This document shows positions 57,024-64,000 of a stretch of DNA of 64,000 bases, in pieces. A program made the translations under genes and the position numbers. Where the stretch lies: assembly GCA_031370785.1 (NCBI GenBank), contig JANMQY010000079.1:40675-104674 (forward strand). Direction: 5' to 3'. Position 1 is the first letter of the stretch. The number at the start of each line of letters is the position of its first letter. The notes under the pieces were generated by a model. The model saw nothing but the letters and a program-made list of their open reading frames with translations, searched no databases and had not been told where the DNA came from. Source of the DNA: Candidatus Eiseniibacteriota bacterium (GTDB lineage Bacteria; Eisenbacteria; RBG-16-71-46).

Positions 57024-58208
57024 CTACTGCAGCCAGTCCTCGGGGTTGAGCGCGCTGCCGCCCCTGCGCACCTCGAAGTGCAGCTCGACGCCCTTGAGCG
57101 AGCCGGTGTCGCCGACTTTGCCGATGACCTGTCCCGGCATCACATCCTGCTTGTCGGCCACGAGGATTTCCGAGAGGTGCGCGTACAGCGTGTAATAGCC
57201 GTCACCGTGATTGAGGATCACGATCTGGCCGTAGCCGGCGTAATCGTCGCTGGTGTAGTCCACGCGTCCCTTCGCCACCGCGCGGACCGGCGTGCCCGCC
57301 GGCGCCTGGATGTCGATTCCGTTGTTGAGCGTCGAAGTTCCCCACTTGGGATGGGTCTCGGGGCCGAAGTGCCCGACCAGGGGACCTCGCACCGGCCAGT
57401 CGAGCGCGCCGCGGCCCCTCGCGAAATCGCCGGTGTAGGGCTGCGGGTTGCGCCCCTCGGCGCGTGCCTTGCTCGACTCCTCCATCCGCTTGCGCTCCAG
57501 CGCCGCGAGCAGCCGGCTGAGCGCGCGCGCGTTGCGCTCGAGCTCGGCGGCCGCCGCCTCGTACGTCTCGCGCTGGGTCTGGATGGTCTTGACCGACGAC
57601 TCGCGCGTCTGACGCAGGCTCGCCAGCCGCACGTTCTCGTGCGCCGCGGTCTTCGCGTTTTTCTGGATGGCGGTCAGGTTCCCCTCCAGGCGCTGCTGCG
57701 AATTCTGGACCTGCCCTTTGCGGACCTCGATGTCCTCGAGCAGCATGCGGTCCTGCTCGGCGACCATCACCAGGAAGTCCCAGCGCGCCAGCAGCTGGCC
57801 GAACGAGTGGGTCGAGAGCAGGAACTCGAGCTCGCGCGCCGCGCCGAACTTGTAGAGGTTGCGCAGGCGCCGCGCCAGGCGTGCGCGCTGCTGCGACAGC
57901 GACTCGATGTGGCGCTGCAGATCGACGCGCGTGATCTCGAGCTGCTGGCCGAGGTTCCTGCGCTTCTGATCGAGCACGCGCAGGCGGCGTCGCGTGGCGC
58001 CGAGCTGCGCCTCGGTGCGCCGCAGCTGGGTGAGCGCCTTGTTCTCCTGACCCTTGAGCCGGGTCGCCGCCTCGCGCTTGGCGCGGGCCTCGCGGTTCAT
58101 CTCCTCGAGCGCACGGCGCTGCGCCATCTCGAGGCTGTCCTGCGCGTGCGTGGCCAGCGGCGCTGCGATCAGCAGGCCGAGCAGCCCCACCCACAGCAGG
58201 CGCTTCAT
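57024..58208 (-). CDS. envC: Murein hydrolase activator EnvC (coiled coil + degenerate M23 domain)
   Basis: Signal peptide, long coiled coil, LDWPVRG, NNGIDI, YYTLYAHL, LHFEVR; downstream of ftsEX. Confidence 0.88.
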   Translation of the reverse strand: MKRLLWVGLLGLLIAAPLATHAQDSLEMAQRRALEEMNREARAKREAATRLKGQENKALTQLRRTEAQLGATRRRLRVLDQKRRNLGQQLEITRVDLQRHIESLSQQRARLARRLRNLYKFGAARELEFLLSTHSFGQLLARWDFLVMVAEQDRMLLEDIEVRKGQVQNSQQRLEGNLTAIQKNAKTAAHENVRLASLRQTRESSVKTIQTQRETYEAAAAELERNARALSRLLAALERKRMEESSKARAEGRNPQPYTGDFARGRGALDWPVRGPLVGHFGPETHPKWGTSTLNNGIDIQAPAGTPVRAVAKGRVDYTSDDYAGYGQIVILNHGDGYYTLYAHLSEILVADKQDVMPGQVIGKVGDTGSLKGVELHFEVRRGGSALNPEDWLQ

Positions 58209-59062
58209 GGGCCGACCGAGCGCAGCACCCTCGACAGCGCGAGCGTGGCGGCCAGCCACGCGAGCGCCACCGCGGCGCCCACGAATGCCACCATCCACAT
58301 CCACGGCAGGAACACCACACCCACCAGGTTGAAGGCGAGCGCGCGCTGGATGGCGTAGAGCGCGGCCAGCGAGATCAGGGCCGCGACGATCGCTTCGAAC
58401 ATCGCCTCGATCACGAACGGCCGCGCGACGAATCCGTCGGTCGCCCCGAGCCGGCTCATGATCTCGACCTGGTGGCGGCGCGCGAGCACGGTCAGGCGCA
58501 GCGTGTTGTAGAGCACGAACACGATCGCGAGCGCGACCACCACGCCCATGGCGATCGCGCCCTGGCGGAAGCCGGTGCCGAGCGAATCGAGGCGGCTCAC
58601 CCACTCCGCGCCGTAGCGCACGTCCTCGACCTCGGGGAACGCCTGCACCTGCCTCGCTGCCTCGGCCATCGCCGGAGCATTCAGGAGCTCGGCGCGCAGC
58701 CGAACGCGGAGCGATGCCGGCAGCGGGTTCTGGCCCACCGCCTCGAGCAGCTGCGGATCGCCGACCTGCTGCGCAAATTCCTTCCACGCGTCGTCCTTGC
58801 TCACGTAGCTCACGTCGCCGAACAGATCGGTGAGGCGTTTGACCAGCGACTCGCGCTGCGCGTCGCTCACCTCGTCGCGCAGATAGACCACCATCTCGCG
58901 CCGGTCGCCGATGAACCGAAGCGCGACCTGGGCGTTGTGGGTGAGCAGCAGGAACAGGCCGACCAGGGTGAGCGCCGCGGTCAGCGCGAGGATCGCGGTG
59001 GTGGCGAGCCCGCGGTGCTGGCGCAGGGATCGCAGCGCCTCACGCAGGTAGAAGGCGTGCAC
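58205..59062 (-). CDS. ftsX: Cell division permease FtsX
   Basis: REALRSL, VVYLRD, YVSKDDA, NPLPAS, NTLRL, IMSRLGATDGFVARPFVIEA. Confidence 0.92.
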   Translation of the reverse strand: MHAFYLREALRSLRQHRGLATTAILALTAALTLVGLFLLLTHNAQVALRFIGDRREMVVYLRDEVSDAQRESLVKRLTDLFGDVSYVSKDDAWKEFAQQVGDPQLLEAVGQNPLPASLRVRLRAELLNAPAMAEAARQVQAFPEVEDVRYGAEWVSRLDSLGTGFRQGAIAMGVVVALAIVFVLYNTLRLTVLARRHQVEIMSRLGATDGFVARPFVIEAMFEAIVAALISLAALYAIQRALAFNLVGVVFLPWMWMVAFVGAAVALAWLAATLALSRVLRSVGP

Positions 59063-59063
59063 G

Positions 59064-59924
59064 TCAGGCCATCCCCGGCGGGGCGGTGGACGACGACTCT
59101 TCCGGGTTCGCTGGTGCTTCCGTCGCGAACGGCGGATCGCCGGGCAGGGTCGGGTCGGGATCGGGAGCGAGCGCGCCGCCCTCGGACTCGAACGAAGCGG
59201 CCGCTTCGCTCCGGGCTTCAGGCGCAGCGGGCGGCGCCATCCCGGCGGGATACGCGTGCGTCGAGTCGAGCAGACGGCCCTCGGCCAGCTCGAGCACACG
59301 TCCGGGCAGAGCCGCGGCCACGTCCTGGCGCGTGGTCACCAGCAGGAGCGCCGCGCCCTCATCGTGAATGCGGCGCAGCAGCGTCAGCACGTCGTCGGCG
59401 CTGCGCTTCTCGAGCGCGCCGGTCGGCTCGTCGGCCAGGATCACCGCCGGACGGTTCACGATCGCTCGCGCGATCGCCACGCGCTGCTTCTCGCCGAACG
59501 AGAGCTCGTGTGGGAACGCCGCCTGCTTCTGGTGAAGACCCACTTCCTCGAGCGCGTACATCACGCGCGGGATCACTTCGTCGTCACGGAAGTGGCCGGC
59601 GATGCGCACCGCGATCGCGACGTTCTCGAACACGGTGCGGTCGTGGAGCAGCCGGAAGTCCTCGTAGATGATGCCGAGCGTGCGGCGCAGCAGCGCGCGC
59701 TGTCGGCGCGACAGGCGGCCGCCGCGGAACGTGCCGACGATCACCTTGCCCGCGGTCGGCTGGATCTCGTGAGTGATCAGGCGCAGCAGCGTGGTCTTGC
59801 CCGCGCCGCTGTGCCCGAGGAACACCAGGCACTCGCCTTCGTCCATATGCCAGGAGACGCCGTCGAGTGCGAGGCGCTCGCCGAAGCGCCTGGAAACCTG
59901 TTCGAAGGTAATCACGTCACGCAC
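59064..59924 (-). CDS. ftsE: Cell division ATP-binding protein FtsE (divergent motifs)
   Basis: [41 protein letters not shown]; upstream of ftsX. Confidence 0.88.
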   Translation of the reverse strand: MRDVITFEQVSRRFGERLALDGVSWHMDEGECLVFLGHSGAGKTTLLRLITHEIQPTAGKVIVGTFRGGRLSRRQRALLRRTLGIIYEDFRLLHDRTVFENVAIAVRIAGHFRDDEVIPRVMYALEEVGLHQKQAAFPHELSFGEKQRVAIARAIVNRPAVILADEPTGALEKRSADDVLTLLRRIHDEGAALLLVTTRQDVAAALPGRVLELAEGRLLDSTHAYPAGMAPPAAPEARSEAAASFESEGGALAPDPDPTLPGDPPFATEAPANPEESSSTAPPGMA

Positions 59925-60011
59925 CGTAACAGAGGCGCGCGGCGGGACTCAACGAATGGCGGCGAGGCGCCTCTGGCAGGCGCCGCGCCGCCTCGCGCAA
60001 GGCGCGCGCCG

Positions 60012-61391
60012 CTAGCCTCTGCGGATCTCGAGATGGGCCTTCGCGCGCAGCGTCTTCATCCACGCGTCGTAGCGCTCGCGCAGCTTGATCTCCTCGACCG
60101 CCTGCGGAAGCTCGTTGCGGATCTCTTCGATGGTGTAGGGCCGCTCGGGCTTGCGATCGGTGAGCTTGAAGACGTTGTAGCCGATCTGGTTCGCGAGCGG
60201 CTCGCTGATCTCGCCGATCTTGAGCGAATCGAGCCCGAGGCGGATGTTGTCCTGGAGCGTGCTCACCGCGACGTAGCCGACGTCCCCGTTCGGGTCGGCG
60301 GCGTCGTACCTGCTGTAGCGCTTGACCAGGGTCGCGAAGTCCGCGCCGCGCACCGCCTGATCGCGGATCTTCTCGGCGAGCGCCTTGGCCCGGTCGGAGT
60401 CCTGCTGGGTCAGCAGGACGCGGACCATGATGTGGCGCGCGTGCGCCTCGAGCAGCGGCGCGCCGCTGCGGTCGAGACTGTCGCGCCTTCCACCGACGGT
60501 CTTCACGGTGTCGCGCTCCAGCACCTCGATGAGGTGCCAGCCGTACGGGGTGCGCAGCGGCGGACTGAGCGTGTTGAGCTTGATCGAGAACGCGACCCGC
60601 TCGAACTCGGGCTCCATCGTGCCCCTGGTGAAGAATCCGAGATCGCCGCCCGATTGCGCGGTGCCGGTGTCCTCCGACATCTGCTCGGCCACCTTTGCAA
60701 ACTTCTCGCCGGCCACGATGCGCCTGCGCGCGGCCATCAGGGTCGCCTTGGCCTTGGCGTCGGTCACGCTGTCCGCCGTGACTGGAAGCTGGATCACCGA
60801 AAGGCGCAGCTGCGCGGGGGCTTTGGGGAACTTGTCGGGGTTCGCCTTGAAAAACGCTTCGGCGTCCGCGGCGGTCACGGGGGTGCGCGGCAGCTGCCGG
60901 TCCCGCAGGCGCTGCGCCATCATCTGGCGCTCGAGATCGTTGTGGTACTTCTGGCGCAGCTTCTCTTCGGTCATCCCTTCGCGCGCCAGCTGCTCGCGAA
61001 ACGCCGCTTCGCTCCCGATGCGGGTCCGCGTGTCGCGCACCGCCTGGTCGACCTGCTTGTCCACTTCGGCGGCAGCGACCGTGATCCCCTGGCGCTTCGC
61101 CTCGGCCACGATCAGCTTCTCGTCGATCAACTGGTCGAGGATCTGCCTGCGCAGCGTGTCCACCAGCATCGAGTCGGGATGCGCATTGCTGCGCTGGAGG
61201 AACAGCACCAGTTGCTCTTCGACGTCGCTCTGCAGGATCACGTCGTCGTTGACCACTGCGGCGATGCCGTCGAGGCGATCCGGCGAAGGAGTCGCCATCG
61301 CCGGTGCGGCCGGAGTGGCGGCGCGGGTGGCCTGCGCCGCAGGGATGCATGCAAGGCTGAGCGCGAGAATCGCGCAGCGTACGAACTTCAA
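60012..61391 (-). CDS. surA: SurA-like periplasmic chaperone/parvulin PPIase
   Basis: TTG start after GGAGG, signal peptide, DGIAAVVNDDVIL, GGDLGFF...EFE, TPYGWHLI, second parvulin ARHIM. Confidence 0.88.
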   Translation of the reverse strand: MKFVRCAILALSLACIPAAQATRAATPAAPAMATPSPDRLDGIAAVVNDDVILQSDVEEQLVLFLQRSNAHPDSMLVDTLRRQILDQLIDEKLIVAEAKRQGITVAAAEVDKQVDQAVRDTRTRIGSEAAFREQLAREGMTEEKLRQKYHNDLERQMMAQRLRDRQLPRTPVTAADAEAFFKANPDKFPKAPAQLRLSVIQLPVTADSVTDAKAKATLMAARRRIVAGEKFAKVAEQMSEDTGTAQSGGDLGFFTRGTMEPEFERVAFSIKLNTLSPPLRTPYGWHLIEVLERDTVKTVGGRRDSLDRSGAPLLEAHARHIMVRVLLTQQDSDRAKALAEKIRDQAVRGADFATLVKRYSRYDAADPNGDVGYVAVSTLQDNIRLGLDSLKIGEISEPLANQIGYNVFKLTDRKPERPYTIEEIRNELPQAVEEIKLRERYDAWMKTLRAKAHLEIRRG

Positions 61392-61731
61392 GGCTGACCT
61401 CCGTGAATGGGGCGGCAGGCGCTAAGATGGCGCGCCGCACGACGTGACCGGTTCCCGTCTCGCCGGGGGACCGGTCCTTTCAGAGCGGCGGGGAGTATAG
61501 CCGCACCGCGCCGGATGTTCATACGCCTGATTCGACTCGTGGATTCCCGGTTCGGAGGGGCTTGACCAGGACCTGTGGCCGCGGCCGCGCTGGTGCAGAG
61601 CATCTCCGCGCTGGTCGGCCCCGCGCATCCCAAGGCCCTGCGGCGGGGCGATACTGTTCCGGATCACGCCGTCCCCTGACCCGCCCTGGGAGGTCCCGCG
61701 CGCCGGCCCTTAAGCCGGCCGCCCATCCGAC

Positions 61732-63945
61732 ATGCACGCCGTAACGTTCGTGGAGAGCCCCGCCCGCGGAGAAAATCTCGAGGCCCCGCACGCCTTCCGC
61801 ACCCGGCGCTCGCTCGCGTTGCTGGCGGTGCTGGTCGCGATCGCGATCGCACTGCCGCGCCTCCTGACCCACACGCCTTACCAGCGCCTCGGAGTCTCGC
61901 TCGACTGGAAGGAAGGGCAGGACTTCCCGCGCGTGGGCAGGGTGCTGGGTCCGCCGGCCGAGGGGCTGCTCCAGCGCGGCGACGTGCTGGTCGCGATGAA
62001 CGGCGAGCGCTTCGAGGGCTACGCCCGGACGCGCGCGCATATCCGCAAACAGGGCTGGCCGCGCGGGCCGCTGATCATGGATGTGCTGCGCGGCAATCGC
62101 GAGGTGCGGGTGAGCATCCCGCCGGTTCAGCTCGGCGCATGGCAGCGCGTGCGGCCGTTCACGCTCCCGGTCGTCGCGATGATCGCCGCCCCGCTGGTGG
62201 CGTTCCTGCTGGTGTGGCGGCGCCCCGATCTGACCGCGGCGTGGGTGTTCCTGTGGTTCGCCGCTCTTCAGGGCGTGAGCGCGGTATGGGACCTGTTCCA
62301 CTACACCCAGTTCGAGCCGACCCGCGGCTTCAAGGTGTATCTCGACGCGTACAGCGCGCTGGTGAACTTCTACCCGGCGGCGTTCGTGCACTTCATGATG
62401 GTCTTCCCGCGGCCGCGCTGGACCGCGGGGCGGCGGCTGCGCAGCCCGTGGTTCTGGATCGTGGTCGCGTGCTACGCGGTCGCGGCCGGGCTCGGTGTAT
62501 GGCAGTACGCGGTCGGGCCGGTGCCGGACAGCGCCTCGCTCTGGTTCCAGAGCGTCGCGCTCCCGATCGGCGCCTTCGCTCTGATGAGCCGCTACCTGCG
62601 CCGCGCGCGCGAGGGATGGAACCCCTCGCTCGGCGAGCGGTTGCTGGCGATCGCGGTGGCGCTGGTGCTGCTCGCCGCGACCGCGGCTTACGCGATGTTC
62701 CAGGACCCGCGCATGGAAGCGCTCTTCATCCTGCCCATCGTGCGCGTGCTGGTCGCGACCCTGACCCTGGCGATGCTGTGGACGCCGATGGTGATCGCGC
62801 TTCTGATCGCCAACGATCCGGTCTTCGACCCGCGCCGCCTGATCGTGCGCAGCATTCCCTACGCGCTGCTCTCGGGGGTGCTCGCCGCGCTCTACCTCGG
62901 CATCGTGCTCGGCGCGCAGCGCCTGTTCGCGGCGGCGACGGGTGAGGAGGCAGCGGTCTTCAACGTGATCGCGGCGCTGGTCGTGGCCTACGCGTTCTCT
63001 CCGCTGCGCGAGCGCACGCAGCGCGCGCTCGACCGGCTGTACGGGCGCGACCCGCGAGCGCTGCGCCTGGCGCTCGATCGCGCCGGGCACGAGCTCTTGG
63101 GAGCGCTCAACCGCGCCGAGGTGCGCGCCTCGGTCGGGCGCGGGCTCGCGGCCGGGCTCAAGCGACCGGTGGCGATCGAATGGCCGGAGAGCGGCATGCC
63201 GCGCCTCGCGAACGGCGAAGGGATCCCCGAGGACGCGAGGAGCGCGGTCGAGAACCTGCTGATGCAGGCCGGCATCCGGCTCGAGAACCTGGCGCTCCAC
63301 GAGCAGCGGGTGGCCGACGAGCGCCGCGCGGCAGAGCTGCGCGGCGCCGCGACCCGGGCCGAGCTGCGCGCGCTGCACGCGCAGGTCCAGCCGCACTTCC
63401 TGTTCAATGCGCTCAATGCGCTCTCGTACCTGACCGAGACCGATCCGCCCGCCGCGCAGCGCTTCACCGAGCGACTCGCCGACATGCTGCGCTACACGGT
63501 GCAGGCCAGCCAGCGCCCGACCGCGCTGCTCTCGGAGGAGATCGCATTCGTCGAGGACTACCTCGGCGTGGCGCGCGAGCGTTACGAGAGCGCGCTCCAG
63601 TTCGAGTACCGCGGCGCGAACGATCTGCTCGCGATGCCGGTGCCGCCGCTGCTGCTCCAGCCTCTGGTCGAGAACAGCCTCAAGCACGGCTGCGCTCCCG
63701 GGATCGAGGCGCTGCACCTGTCGCTCGAAGCCAACAACCACGACGGCTGGCTGACCCTTAGATTTTCCGACGACGGCGCTGCATCGTCCGGCAGGAGGCC
63801 GGGCCTCGGTGTCGGGCTGCAGAACCTCGAACAGCGCGTGCGGCATTTCGCCGGCCCCGATGCCAGTGTCTCGGCAGCGGCGGTCGACGGAGGCGGCTTC
63901 GCGGTCACGCTGCGCTGGCGCGCGGCAGAAGGAGAGGCAGCGTGA
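61732..63945 (+). CDS. LytS-family sensor kinase with N-terminal PDZ-like domain and multi-TM region
   Basis: GPPAEGLLQRGDVLVAMNG (PDZ), many TMs, AELRALHAQVQPHFLFNALN, LLQPLVENSLKHG, GVGLQNL. Confidence 0.9.
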   Translation: MHAVTFVESPARGENLEAPHAFRTRRSLALLAVLVAIAIALPRLLTHTPYQRLGVSLDWKEGQDFPRVGRVLGPPAEGLLQRGDVLVAMNGERFEGYARTRAHIRKQGWPRGPLIMDVLRGNREVRVSIPPVQLGAWQRVRPFTLPVVAMIAAPLVAFLLVWRRPDLTAAWVFLWFAALQGVSAVWDLFHYTQFEPTRGFKVYLDAYSALVNFYPAAFVHFMMVFPRPRWTAGRRLRSPWFWIVVACYAVAAGLGVWQYAVGPVPDSASLWFQSVALPIGAFALMSRYLRRAREGWNPSLGERLLAIAVALVLLAATAAYAMFQDPRMEALFILPIVRVLVATLTLAMLWTPMVIALLIANDPVFDPRRLIVRSIPYALLSGVLAALYLGIVLGAQRLFAAATGEEAAVFNVIAALVVAYAFSPLRERTQRALDRLYGRDPRALRLALDRAGHELLGALNRAEVRASVGRGLAAGLKRPVAIEWPESGMPRLANGEGIPEDARSAVENLLMQAGIRLENLALHEQRVADERRAAELRGAATRAELRALHAQVQPHFLFNALNALSYLTETDPPAAQRFTERLADMLRYTVQASQRPTALLSEEIAFVEDYLGVARERYESALQFEYRGANDLLAMPVPPLLLQPLVENSLKHGCAPGIEALHLSLEANNHDGWLTLRFSDDGAASSGRRPGLGVGLQNLEQRVRHFAGPDASVSAAAVDGGGFAVTLRWRAAEGEAA

Positions 63946-64000
63946 GCGATGCGGCGAGGTTGAGGGCGCTGATCGCGGATGACGAGCCGCGGGCCCGGCA
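63942..64000 (+). CDS. Response regulator (probably LytTR), 5' fragment
   Basis: GTGA overlap with the kinase stop; VSDAARLRALIADDEPRAR receiver start; truncated by the window edge. Confidence 0.75.
   Translation, partial: MSDAARLRALIADDEPRAR

Noticed and set aside
54990..58358. Very long + strand ORF (1122 aa) and similar antisense ORFs (e.g. 59256..61397, 32689..34836, 46096..48054, 61519..63846)
   Set aside because: They are shadows of well-supported genes on the other strand. Stop codons are rare at this GC content, and the translations are R/A/G-rich with no motifs.
185..61391. Long N-terminal extensions in the ORF track (phoU, pstB, pstS, capB, second M16, second OmpA, rsmA, tatD, metG, envC, ftsX)
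   Set aside because: They overlap upstream genes. Starts were reset using RBS, signal peptides and family N-termini.

Overview
Very GC-rich chromosomal window from a diderm bacterium. A secreted protein with a C-terminal FlgD-Ig domain, a C-terminal '[10 protein letters not shown]' motif and the gene style suggest Candidatus Eisenbacteria or a related FCB-type lineage (inference). In order, it holds: (1) a porin-pstSCAB-phoU phosphate uptake operon with a Pho-box-like triple repeat; (2) an ArfB-like GGQ protein; (3) a seven-gene, translationally coupled poly-gamma-glutamate (PGA) locus: beta-propeller/FlgD-Ig protein, capB, capC, pgsW-like gene, secreted two-repeat protein, outer-membrane beta-barrel and c-type cytochrome lipoprotein; (4) an M16 peptidase pair, an MFS transporter and thiL; (5) accessory genes: cupredoxin-lamin-tail protein, Ogt with a repeat and basic tail, ICMT, PIG-L, TPR-aspartyl protease, M20 amidohydrolase; (6) two tandem OmpA/TSP3 paralogues, a beta-barrel, eda and an AsmA protein; (7) two adjacent carbohydrate-enzyme homologues that lack their catalytic motifs; (8) a Cys/His/Met-rich secreted repeat protein next to an OmpR-type two-component system; (9) a frameshifted DUF222/HNH-type gene whose linker is built from 22-bp palindromes that also occur at two distant intergenic sites; (10) the housekeeping block surA-ftsEX-envC-holB-ricT-metG-tatD-rsmA, interrupted by a hybrid kinase, an ECF sigma/anti-sigma/ABC cassette and a HEAT-repeat gene; (11) a PDZ-LytS kinase and the start of a response regulator. 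No rRNA, tRNA, CRISPR array or recognisable transposase was found. The best candidates for an undescribed system are the extended PGA synthesis/export operon and the HNH-linked palindromic repeat family. All family assignments come from motif recognition by eye, not database searches.
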